A DNA stretch of 64,000 bases from assembly GCA_965113315.1 (NCBI GenBank), contig OZ220365.1; one strand, 5' to 3'. The notes beneath the pieces were generated by a model. The model saw nothing but the letters and a program-made list of their open reading frames with translations, was not told where the DNA came from and made no database searches. Shown piece after piece: positions 10,763-22,650 of the stretch (its first letter is position 1; each line of letters begins with the position of its first letter). Both the position numbers and the translations under genes were made by a program. Source of the stretch: Podarcis vaucheri (taxonomy: Eukaryota).

Positions 10763-13014
10763 GGCATAACTGACTGAACTGTTCAGAAAGATAAAAAAGT
10801 TAATGTACTTTCCATGAGCTTAAAACTGGAAATTTAGTATCTACATAGGCCCATTACTAGAAAATTTTGAAAAGGTAACATTCACACAAATAAATGGAAG
10901 AAAGAATGCCCTCAAATGGTTTTGATATTTTCGCATTACCTAGACAGCTAAAACTTTGTACACATTTACCTCATAATAGTTGATGTGTTTGTTCTTCAGT
11001 GAGATCAGCAAAGGTATTTTCATATTAGCTCGACAGCTGAAAACACTTAATGGTCTATCTCATGGGCTTACCTCATAATAAAAGTCAACACTCTAGTATA
11101 AAGCCATCCAAGTCGACTTTGATAACAGCCAGAAATGAGTATCCAGAGTTAGAATTACACAGAAACATGGCTTCAAGCCAGATATACACGCACACACAGT
11201 GATAGGCTCTGCACAGTGTCCATGGTTGAACACTGCGAGGCAAAGCAGGTCCACGGCTCACAGGTTAAGAACACCTCCTCTAAGGCAAGCACAGGGTACA
11301 ACTTCCAGCATTCATGCTAGCCAGGGCCACACACACACACACCAGGAGGCTTATTTTGATCAGAATCGAGCACACACTTCTGGTAAATGAGCCACCATAG
11401 AAGCAAGAGGGCTGTGAAAATTTGGGTCCAGGGCCTTTCAGATTCATCTACCCATGCACTATCTGAAACCAATGGGGTGCATTTGTTGCCATATGTGATT
11501 TTTTTTCCAGCTCTACTACCTCACTGTTCATTCTCCTTGCTGTTCCCAGAGTGTATGAAATCACTTTGAAGTCAACTGTATGCCTATGCAGAGGAGGCTG
11601 CAGCTGATGGTTCTCTGATCTTGCAATATTTTGTAATCTTTCTAGAAGTCCTTTAAGGTTTCTTTCTTTCTTTTTCTATTTAGTTTTAGGTCCTGTGATT
11701 TAAAGCAGCTTTGTCAAGGGTTGGGCCAATATGTAGTAACCATGGAAATCTAGACAATATGAAAGTGGCAAAGAGCCACCGTCTCTTTATCCTCCCTATA
11801 AGTCCTGTGTCAAATGGAACTCAGCCAGCCCAGAGCTAATCAAGGAGTCAGAGAGTTTCCCAAAACCAAAGAGTTTCAATAGTGAGGTATGCAGAGGGTG
11901 AACCGAGGACACATTTTGCAGCTGAACTTCTGAGTTTCGTAGGCTTCTTTCGTTTATTTAATTTTTGGGTCAGTTTAAGCCAGATTCTGGATGTTAATGT
12001 CGTTGTTTTGTGTGTGAAGTATGTGCTCTGTGTGCCAGACCACATGCCCTGGAACCAGTAACTCATAAAAATGTCTTCCATTTTAAAGGTAATGGCAGTT
12101 ATTCTGTAAATGGGGTGATGCTTAAATGAGCTTCAGGCTGCTGCTATTACCTCAGAGAAGGTAAAGATGATGAGGATAACCTGGATAACCACATATCATA
12201 GGGTGAAACAACTTGATAGACAGTTTTTAGTTATTTCTCTGGCCACCTGCAATCCTTTCACCACCTGCTCCTTGAAATCCACATCTCCAAGGCTTAGGAA
12301 TTTCTTTTCCTAATTCAGTAGCTGAACAGACCTTGCCTTAACTTCCTTCACAATGTAGGGCTCCCCCCCCCTTTGCAGTTCAACTGTTAGCTTTAACTAC
12401 CCTCAAGTTCTTCCCCTTAAAACAATTTCTCCCTGGTTTCCACGGCAACTGCTCAGGCTTTTTGGTTATTCATATTATTCTGTCAGGCTAGCATTTGAAT
12501 ATTTTAAGCTATCAGTCAGAAGCATCGTGGGAAATGAAACATTTAAACCTTTATATCCCTATTAAGAGCTTTCCAGATGATAATGCTTCCCCATTCCTGT
12601 AGCACAAAATATCTATTAGCCCATGTCCAGCACCAGGGGGGTGACAACTCCTGTGGGGTGGGGATTCCTAAGTCTTGCTGAAGGGGGAGAGCTGCTCTTG
12701 TGTCAACCATCTTTGGGGAGGGAGGGATGAGAAACACCCCAAAACATTCAAAGGTTTGTGCTCCAGCACTAGAGAGAGTGCCAGAACACAGAACAAAAAT
12801 GAAAGATTTAGGAAATGGAGGGGCATTGTTGTAAAGAGAGATGGAAGCCTTTCTTGTGTTCAGCACTTTCTGATTTTTAAAAGGCAACATGAACACTGCT
12901 AATGCTGGATGATAAAAGATCCCCCCCCCCAAATAAAACCACAGTACTGTTTGGTGACTTTTAGGAGGGGCTGGGAGGCGAGGTCCAAGCTTCCATCCAA
13001 ATGGCCCACCACTT

Positions 13015-13400
13015 CTCTTTTTATTTGTTTTATTTGCTTTTCGTCCAAATTTCTATAGTGGTTTAAAACATTTAAGGCAACAACAAAAAGCTCTAAAAAT
13101 GATAACATAAACCAAAAACAACAGTGCAGCAATCCTAATAAAAACAGGGTCAGCACAACGGTTCATTCCCCAAAGGCTGACTGAAGCAAGTTTGTACTTG
13201 TCTGTAAAAATTGGGTACACAAATACATAGATTTAGATAAACGCACACAAAATGCATATTAATTTCCACGCATACAGGGTTGTTGGTTGTAGTTTTAAAA
13301 AAAACAACCACCCCACAATGTATGTGGAAATGGGGAGAACCCAACTTAAGACTGAATAAATGAGAAACTGATAGAAACCAAAAGCAACAGATTCACCTCC
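13015..13400. mobile_element. L2-type LINE 3' tail (minus, about 13015-13190) abutting a DNA-transposon remnant
   Basis: A TTTATTTG..ATAGTGGTTTAAAACA tail and CCCAAAGGCTGACTGAA are followed by a CACAAAATGCATATT..GAGAAACTGATAGAAACC..ACAGATTCACC end. This resembles common squamate repeats as recalled. Confidence 0.45.
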
Positions 13401-14609
13401 CCCTCCCCAGGGGGCTATCTGGAATGCAGAAATTGAGGGTGGGGGTTAAGCATCTATTTTGGTGCCACTTCTCTGCTTTAAATTCCCCTCTTGCAAAGCT
13501 GTTTTTCTTCTTAAGACTGGCCTGGGGCCCAAGTTCCATAGGGCTTATTCCCAGGTGTTTGCGGAAAGGACGGCAGCTGTAGCCATGACCAAATTTAGTT
13601 AGATTATATCATGTATATATTTTACAGAGCATGTCCTGCTTTTTCATTTAATTAAATATTCAGCAAAAAGGAGCAATTACCATAGCAACATTTTCCTTCC
13701 AAAACCCATAATGGGAGACCATGCAGCTGAAATTGCATACCACACACTTAAAACTTGCAGATTTGCACACTGCAAACATCAGAATTTCCACATGCAAGAG
13801 GAAGTCGTTTAAGCAATTTGCACATTCTCATACTTTTGTAATACTCTATTATCTCATAAATAAAGAGACCTTCCTTTGTTCAGCTGGGTTCATCTCCATC
13901 CCACTGAAGTGTTGGCAGTGGTTCATGCCACCTCCAGATCTCTAGCTATAAATTCCTGACAGTAATCCCACGCTATGCAAATGTATAAACTGAAAATCCA
14001 CTTTATATTATTTTTAAGCACAGTCCTTGGAACGGAACAGTACAAGTAAAATTGCTAAAGGGGGAGACACACATTCTCCACTGCTTGAATAGCAATCATT
14101 CAGTTTCATGAAGTTTCGTGTATGTTAACATTCAAGCTAAGGTTAAATATGTGTACATTTTGGAAAGCTGGTAGGTTTCTAAGGACTGAAAACGAATCAG
14201 AATGACAGTAGTACTTTGAGGACATCACAGTTGCAAATGGATTGGTTGGTTTAGTGCCCACACAGTGTCTCTGTCACTAGACGAATCCCTGTATGAATGA
14301 CACTTGAAGGACACCACCTTTCCCCATCTAAGTGGAGCAGCTAGGTATGGCCAATGTTATTTGAAAGTCCTGGAGGCAGGTGGACCTTTGAGTGGCAAGA
14401 AGCATGTAGAGAATGTGAAAGAAATTGGATTTATGTGTAGTGATGGGGCATTTGGGCAGGCAACTGTGTAGGATACAGATTTTGGAATTTCTCAAGATGT
14501 CATTAGCCGGTGCACTGCATTGTGTGGCATGGATAAATTTATCAAAATAACAAAAAAGCACATTAAATCTTATCTCCCAAATCTCTAGTTTTGCTGTCCT
14601 TTTCTAAGC

Positions 14610-14800
14610 CTTTTCTAGCTCCGTGATATTCTTTTCTCTTTATTTTAAGTGAGACAACCAGGACTCTGCAATGGATTCCAAATGCAATCGCACCATAGAT
14701 TGGTATGGTAGCATTATGATCCTGGTAGTTTTATTTTCAGTTCTGTTCCTAATGCTCCCTAATGTGGAATTTGGTGTGGGGCGACATCCACAACAACATG
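14610..14800 (-). mobile_element. CR1 LINE fragment
   Basis: Minus-strand ORF contains SIRNRTENKT..IMLPYQSMVRLHLES..SWLSHLK, a degraded form of the CR1 ORF2 motif LY.SMVRPHLEYCVQFWSPHLK. Confidence 0.75.
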
Positions 14801-15065
14801 AAGAACTGGATAAAATTGCCTCCCCTTCTTTCATGTTAGAGAACACCTCTGCTGGATTAAAAGCTATTCAGCGAGCAGAATGGCAGCAATGCATGTCACC
14901 CATGGGTAGCTGGAAGCTTTTTCCAATAGATGTGAATAGAACCAACATTTATGAAGGAGGGTATGTCAGGGTTTTTGTTCTTAAAAGATGTGCAGCCGGG
15001 GGGGGTGTGGATACAGTCTGTGTATCATGGATAATCCAACACTGCCCTAAAAGATCTGATATGGG

Positions 15066-15192
15066 CAGTGCTATTTTTCTAGAAAAAGAGGTGCCGGAAC
15101 TCACTATGAACACCTCCCTTGTTCTCTTATAATGGCAATGGCGCCCACCTGAGAGGCACCAGAACTTTTTTTCCAGCTGAAAAAAAGCCCTG
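15066..15192. mobile_element. Short hAT-type MITE
   Basis: TIRs are CAGTGCTATTTTTC and GAAAAAAAGCCCTG. The 8-bp flanks GATATGGG and GCTATGGC match at 6/8 positions. Confidence 0.7.
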
Positions 15193-16858
15193 GCTATGGC
15201 AGCAGTGAACTTAAGTGTGGGGTGTAATGCAGTGTTTCATGCCGTACCTCCACCTGTGTTCAACCTATGTATTTATAAAGATAAACACTCGGATTGTGAA
15301 ATGCCAGTGAGCCTCAGCGATCTTGCTCCAATGGAAACCATTTCCTAAACAATCCTAATGAAAGGAGGAGACTAAGAAGGGCTCTGGGTGACTGGCCAAA
15401 GTGAAGGTAGGTGATGTTGACCAGAGACATAGAAGCTTTGGGTTATACTGCTAAAAATGTCTCAGGACTGCTGAAACAGCATGCATTTGAGCAAGTCGTG
15501 GCCAGCCAATTCAGCTGGAACGGCCTCCCCACTAAATATGGACAAGGCCGTTTCATTCTTTCCCTAACATGTGAATCAATAACAAGCAATGGCAGGGGAC
15601 AAATATTCACAGAAAAGTTACAGGTGAATTAAAAAACGTGTAGGATGCAAAAAAGAAATACTTTATCCAGCCCTGTTAAAGCACTCAAGTTGCACATTCA
15701 GGACTTTAACCTAGCATGCTTTGACCATCAAAGCTGTTTTTCACACTGACAGATCAATATTGTGCAGGAATGATTGTATGAATTCTAAGTGTGATTAAAG
15801 TCCCCTCCTTCTTCTGCAGGGACCGCCTGCAGACTGACATTCAAATCAACTTGGCACAGCAAGTCTGCAGGGATACGTTTGTGTGGTGTTAAATTGGCCT
15901 TTGGTGTTGTGCACTTTCTGCTGTTCCAGACCCTCCTGCCTGGTGTAATAGCTCCATGGAATAAATACAGTACTCATGAAAGAGGGAGACAAAGATTGCA
16001 ATATTAAAAAGAGAGCTTGCAGCATGTTCCTTAGCCGCAGCTGAAATGGGAGATGTACAAACCAACTAATCAAACACTGGCATAGCTGTCGGCTTCTCTG
16101 CCCCACCCCCACCGCCCTGCAATGCACCAGGCAAACCACCTGCCTTTTAAAATAGTTTACAAGCACAGTGCGAACCTTCAAGTGTTCATCTGTTCATTCA
16201 CCACCTTTAATCTTGCCGATTGCTGATGTTGTTTTTACTTGTTTTAGCAGTGAGCTTTTTATAATGAATGGCAGGTTATGAATGCTTAACTAAGCAATTC
16301 AAAGTGTGGGTGGGGGAACTGTATTTTCCTATGTCCTGCTGGATTTGTAGTCCTAGAGCAAAAAAAGCTGGCAGGAGGGCTGGGGAGTTCACTCTGTTCT
16401 CAGAGATTTTTAAAGTTTTGATCCCATTGGATCTGTCCCCCTCCCCCCTCCAGCAAGCCTCCTTTTCTACCTGACACTGGAACTTCCACTTCAGAGGATC
16501 ACTGGTTGAAGATCCTTCCAGACCCTCATGATGGGGATTTATAAGGCTAGATCACTCCCTCAGCAGGCAAAGCTCTTTCTCTACTCCCTTGCAGGGAACA
16601 TAGGATTGCAACTTTAAATAAATAAGTATTCATGCAGGGGGCAACATGTATTTTTTTTTAAAAAAATCAGTTCTACCTCCTCCAACCCACTTTGGATTGC
16701 ACTGTTAAACATTTATGCCCAACCTTTTCCTCACAACTAGGGACCAGCTTAAAGGATTGCCTCGTTCCCTTTGTGCTTACTTGACAGCTTCTTTCTGCAG
16801 AACTTGTATTTCTATAGGTGCCATATAGTGTTTGTTCCACATCTGTGAGGAGTTTATT

Positions 16859-17212
16859 TGTTAGTGTGGCAGCATTTACGCTTTGTGACTCCCTGTTGGA
16901 AGTGCAACATTCCATGTGGAACTTAAGTGTTAACTGTTAAAATCAGATAGCCAAGAGGGGGGCAGATGGAGGTGCTGCTTAGCAACCAGGGTGTGTGTGC
17001 CCTGATTGGATGTAGCTCTGAGAGGTTTTTTCCTCTGTACATTTGGTTGAATGCCTCCCTGCTAGGGAGGACACTCCCTGAAAGAGGACAAGACCTCTCC
17101 TTTTCTTTCTCCTCAAATTATACATGTTTTGTTCAGTTTCCTCAGTAAAGTGTTATCAGGACCCTTTTCCTCTCTGGACTCCATCTGTGTTATTTAAGAG
17201 ACTTTGCTAACA
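16859..17212 (+). mobile_element. Solo LTR (Gypsy- or ERV1-like; 4-bp TSD)
   Basis: Terminal inverted repeat TGTTAG...CTAACA with exact TSD TATT (16855-16858 and 17213-17216). Internal motifs: CTTAGCAAC, CTGATTGG (reverse CCAAT) and an AGTAAA poly(A)-signal variant about 60 bp from the 3' end. Confidence 0.75.
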
Positions 17213-17224
17213 TATTCTATCCAC

Positions 17225-17710
17225 TCTGCCACTTCTCATTTCAAGGAAGGAAAATGAACCTCAAAACCATATTTCTCCAATGAAAACAAACTGTTTCAAC
17301 TGAGGATATCAGAGAATTCAACTGAAAACAGAAGCAGGGATGGAAATTGCTGGTGTTCGCTTACTTGTCCCATGTCCAGAACAGATACCAACCCAGCAAA
17401 TACTATTGGTGTTTTTTGTTGCTGTAGCTTTCAGTCCACAAACGATATGTAATTGATTGCTTTTCTCTCCTTCCTCTATTTGCATTGCATTTCCTTTGCA
17501 GTGAAATGAATGGGGCAGAATAATGTAATGACAACATAACTTACACAATTTATGTAATCAATTACATAAATTATGGAAGTTATATAATTTTGCCACAGAG
17601 GACAGAGACACAAAAAGCAGTTTTGGGCAGAATATGAATTGTAGTGGAACAGAAACAGGGCTGCATGAGATGAATACAGAACAAAACGTGATGTCTTCTT
17701 ACACCTCTAG
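17225..17710. mobile_element. Old DNA-transposon-like repeat
   Basis: GGAACAGAAAC-type subterminal repeats, an ACACCTCTA end and an internal palindrome. Family uncertain. Confidence 0.35.
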
Positions 17711-19816
17711 TTTTAACTTTGTGCCACAGTCAAGACGCCCTTGAAATGTTAAGCTAGTTTTGAAGGAGGTGCTTTCCCATGGGTTCCTCTGATGCCTCTA
17801 GTTCAAAGACCCACAAACACATGAGAAGGGTACTGCATGTGTGGTAGCAAGATCTTTTAAGGCATTAAAGGACGGTTGTGGGAAGCACAGACAGAAAGCA
17901 ACCCTGAGGACACGACTGTCATATTTAAAACACACCACAACTGAGAAGGTTTCCAATCTTCCTGCCATCTCAGATGCTCTGAAGACAAATGCTTGCTTCA
18001 AGAACAGTTTAGCGGCAGTTAAACACTAAATAAATTTGAGTGGAAACTCACCAAGGCGACTGCATTGCTGATCTTCAGCAGTCATGATCTCTGCTGCTAA
18101 GAGTGTTCCACAAAGCTCTGGCATCTGCTTGAAACAATGTCATCACTGTAACTCTTATCTAGGATGGTGGTTTCTCACTAGGATGACACATCAACATGAC
18201 ACAGCCCAAGAAATCAGTGTTGCGCTAAGAAAGATGAGCAATGAATTATTGTGAAGGGAAGATAAATGGGCAGCATGTAACTGAGGAACTACTTGACAAC
18301 AAGGTAGCTGATGATATGGAGATATATAGTGCAAAAGGCTTTCTGGGTAGCCATAAATTGATAAAACTGGAATTACAGGATAAATTGACACTTGCAAAGC
18401 ACATTTAGGGCTAGCTGATTCACTTCTCTTATGTGGATTTTAAGACGTTATGCATGCGGCGAATATTTTTTCTTCTACCAAGCCTTAGAGATGCTTGTCT
18501 GCATATGCTTTCTGCCTGTAACAAGATTTATATATAACCTGGAGGATGCTGTGAGCTGATCTAGATTTAGATGCAAATCTTTAGATATATCAGCTTTGAT
18601 TTCGGTGCTGGGAGTTTGTGTAGGTGGCCTTAAAGGAACTTCCAGCTCTATGGTTTCATTCTACCAATAGGAAAATGCATACTATTCATCCTACATATTA
18701 GCATAGCATATTACAGAGAGGTGCCTTAACCATAAATATTTCTCACTAGCTTTTGAAAAAAGGTAAATTTATTATGTTTGGTGTTGTGTTGGTACGAGGT
18801 TGAGACTTTACTGTGTGGGTTTTACCAGCCGATTGTCACTGCATGTTTGGAACACATCATCACTATGATGTCAGTCTGGTGCTTTGAGTTCAGGTTCAGC
18901 ATGTGACCATCTAACGAGTTTTCATATTACAAAGGTAGCATCAAAATCCCCAGAACACAGGGGAGAAATTCATGTGGTTTGGCCCACCCTCTTGGAAACT
19001 GGGGTGACACTGGTGTAGGAAACAGCTGCAGCTGGGACCACCTCCCATAAGGCCTCGGGCCTCTGACATTAACTTTGTGGCAGAGGAAGGAGCCACACTG
19101 CAGCAACTCCCTAGCCACAAAAGGTAACCGGCGAATGAGACTCAAGGAAGCATGCCTAATGCCAAAAGTAGAAGACTACGCTAGCCACCGCAGGCAGAAA
19201 GAATGTAAACTGCTCTGCAATGCTTCAGTATTATAAGTTCTTTTATTATTATTTGCCATTTGTGCAGCGAGTAAAGTACAAAGGCCAGCATCCAGTGTTT
19301 AACGAATAAAAGGTCAATGAGAAACACAGACTTAGACTGCAGACATGCAAGTCCCAACAGCAAAGAATGAGTTATGCGAGCCTTGCCACGCGAAAGCACT
19401 CAAATACTATTAACAAAACGGCACAGACCTTTTTTTTTTTTTACCAACCTGAACTTCACATTGTTGACAATGAAGCCTCAATTTACATTGCACCACTCGT
19501 GTTGAAAAATCTTGTACTAAACTTTCAAGCATTGTCTATAAATATTTCCTCAAAGAGATATGTGGCCAAAGTGAGGCCTTTCAGCCTTTTTGGTGCATTT
19601 GCTTCTGGCAACTACATTTTTAAAAAGCTTTCCAGAGGTAGAGAGGATCTTTATTTATTTCTGCTCAGGAGAGCCTCTCTTACCAACTACTTTTGAAGCT
19701 GCAATTCTATACCCATTTACCCGAGAGGAAACACTGTCTGAACTCCCAAAGTGTTGACTTCTGTCTGCACATGTATAGGAATATACTCTAAATTCCTCTT
19801 CTGTCGGGAGACGGAT

Positions 19817-20040
19817 ATAGAATCATAGAATTGTAGAGCTGGAAGGGGGACCCCAAGTCCAATCCCCTGCAATGCAGGAATCTTAACTAAAGCATATATG
19901 AGATGGCCACCCAACGTCTGTATAAAAACCTCCAAGGAAGGAGAGTCCACCACCTCCCGAGGGAGTCCACCCCACTGTCAAACACCTCTTACTGTCAGAA
20001 AACTCTGCCTGATGTTTAGCTGGAGTCTTTCTTCCTAGTA
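19817..20040 (-). mobile_element. CR1 LINE 3' end
   Basis: ATAGAATCATAGAAT is the reverse of the (ATTCTATG)n CR1 tail. It is followed by AAAACCTCCAAGGAAGGAGAGTCCACCACC..CTTACTGTCAGAAA, the reverse of the CR1 ORF2 end (VDSPSLEVF). Confidence 0.9.
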
Positions 20041-21122
20041 TACTCTGTGAAAAGCGTTGACCAGTGGAAGGTTTTAGGGGCAGATGCAGCTCATGGAACA
20101 GTTTTGTTAGTGAGCTCTCGCTCCGCCAAGCTGTAATGAAAGCGTGGTAAAGATTTTTCCATACAGTTGTAAGGAAAATAAATTTGTTTTCAAAAATGAT
20201 GTGAGATATGCACTTCACACTGTTGCTCTCCGGGGTTTGCATGAATGCCCTGTGTCCACGACCCAGAGTTGTAAAAAGTCCTTACTGTTACTTTAGAATA
20301 ACTTTATTGCAGAACCTGACCACTTGAGGAGTCCACTTCTGCCCCCCAGACCTCTATTTAGAACAGAGGTGGCCAGTTTTGTGGTTTGCAAAGTGCAGGA
20401 GGCCAGATTAGCAATTTTCTGCTCCCCAATGGTGTTACTAAAAATGGATATGCCACATTTTTTTGTGACATCGACTATTTGGCTATATGAAAAACTAAGC
20501 CTGGCAATATTCTCTCCAAGCCGTGAAGCCTTTCCTGCTCAATAGATGTAGACCACTCCCAGACCCTAGACCACTGACTAGAGGCTGGTGATCCCTGAGA
20601 CTACGGTGGTTGGACATCCTGCCTCTGTGACGCAAGGGGCCTTGGGCATGCTTTGCAGATTGCATGCTACTTCACTGGCTCCGGTTTGCTCCCCCAAGTG
20701 ATCCTGAGTTGTTTGTGCAGTTGGACTGGCTCTGACTCAGCCACTCCTCTTACTCGATGCTCTCCTATTCCAATCCTACCATTCACCAATCACTGTCTTC
20801 CTCATTTACTGTAAAATTTAAGTCCAGTGCCAAATAAATATTAAATAAAAGGAGTCCATCTCGTCATTGCTCCTGGAAGGAGTATGATGAAGTTCTGCCA
20901 TTTCCTCTTGATGTGAAGAAAACCAGGTGGTGCTTTTAAGATGTACCTGAAAACACCTTAGCAGCAAGAACTTTTTTGAATGAAGGGAGACTATTCTTGT
21001 TTTTTATTGATGTGGTTTTGTACTTTAGCAGCACTGAGTTAAATCAGTTTGTTTTAATAATTTTATAGCCCTAGTTGACCGCCATTTTCCCAAACACTTC
21101 TTGTCCGTGTTATGATGATTAA

Positions 21123-21170
21123 AATTCCACAGAACTCTCTGATTTGTTAATTCCACAGAACTCTCTGATT
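21123..21170 (+). repeat. Tandem duplication, 22 bp x2 with 4-bp spacer
   Basis: AATTCCACAGAACTCTCTGATT at 21123-21144 and 21149-21170. Confidence 0.95.
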
Positions 21171-22474
21171 CAAAATATTTGCATGTGTATGTTAAGTTTT
21201 CCACTCTTTTGAAGACGTGGCTTTATGATACAGCTAGATATGCAAACAATTTCCCCACTGTTTTCCAAATCAGAGACAGAGCAGACTTCAATAATGCTGC
21301 CACAGGAAAGACACTTAACATAGTAACATACATAATTACATGTGTAGAAGAGTCGTGGAGAAATGTATCATATATAGTGTTATGGGCAGAGGCAGGTATC
21401 AGGAAGGAGTGGGACAATAAATCAATATCCCTTTTCTTTTTTAAGAGAAAATAAAAGTATCCTGGATGCACTGTTCATGTAAATGGCCAATCTCTTGAGA
21501 CTGAGATGTCTTCCGTGTAGCAGCAAATCTTGTTTACCTCTTTCATGTTCAGTCCAATTTAGGCTTTTCTTTTCCTTCTTCCATACCTGATCACAAACAG
21601 AAAACAACTTTTGAAACGCCTGAGGAAATCGGAAGGCACTGCATCCTTATGCATCTTCTGCAAAATTTTGGGAGGAATTTAATGTTGTACATCCTAAGGT
21701 GATCATTCTGTCAGAGTATAAGCATTTGGGTTTGCCAAGCAGAATGATTCCCCCTCCCTCCATGCCCTGTTCCAAGGCTTCTCCTCACCCACCCCCAGGC
21801 CAATTTTGGACTGTGTGCAAGGGAGTGGGGAGGCAAAGAGCCCCATTGTGCAGATCTGCTGCTGCTGAGACTCATCTGCCAAACCCTGCCCTTTGTTTCT
21901 CCTTTGGTGCCTTCCCAATGCATGATAATAGGAACCAGAATGCTGACAAAATGGGGCCAGACTAACCAAATAATCTGCAACCATACTGGCTTTTTGCTGT
22001 TAAATAATAGCTTGTCTGATATATTTCTTCCACATTTGAAGCTCCTCCGCCTCGTTCCTTGTTGAATAACGGTGAAGATCATTCTTCATGATGTCTATTT
22101 ACTTATGAGCATGTATTGTATTCATGGTTACAAAACAATGTCTATGCTGGGATAAGCAACAAAATATTTGAGGTTCTCCAAGTCATATTATTAACTGCTG
22201 ATGGGTAGGTTTGGGGGCATACTTTTAAAGCCATTAACTGTAATATGCATTTATGCCCACACAAAAATGTCCAGATTCTTATACCAGCTGTCTGTGACAC
22301 CAGTCTACAGTCAGCCTTGATTTAAAAGACCTCAAACACACCAATAACTTGGATCTGTAATTGTAACAATATATCTGTATTAGCTCATTATAATGAGACC
22401 CATGAATTAAAATACTGCAAGCAGCTTGGAAGGTTCAGCTGTTGCCTGAGTAGTATTCCATTGGTCGATTTCTT

Positions 22475-22650
22475 GCAGTTAATCCTAGCAATGGTTACTC
22501 AGAAGTAAATCCCAACGATTTCAAGGGGCTTATTCCCAGTAAGTCCCCATCCCGCTATGCGGCCATAGTATAGAGACTTAACTCCACCAAGACTTCCATC
22601 CTTTAGATTCAATGGGACTTATTTCAGAGCAGACCTGCAGTTGGTATGTA
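22475..22650. mobile_element. Cluster of short (~90-bp) palindromic MITE-like repeats
   Basis: TTACTCAGAAGTAAATCCC..TTCAAGGGGCTTATTCCCAGTAAG and TTCAATGGGACTTATTTC. Related degraded copies lie at about 19700-19780, 30020-30140, 37110-37310 and 56450-56540. Confidence 0.55.

Noticed and set aside
14671-15132. 153-aa ORF with a hydrophobic segment
   Set aside because: It overlaps the antisense strand of a CR1 fragment and a MITE, and has no recognisable protein similarity.
16951-16966. CTCF-like CCAAGAGGGGGGCAG (also weak matches at about 15141, 40003 and 45247)
   Set aside because: Spacing or core mismatches relative to CCASYAGRKGGCR make these much weaker than the two reported sites.
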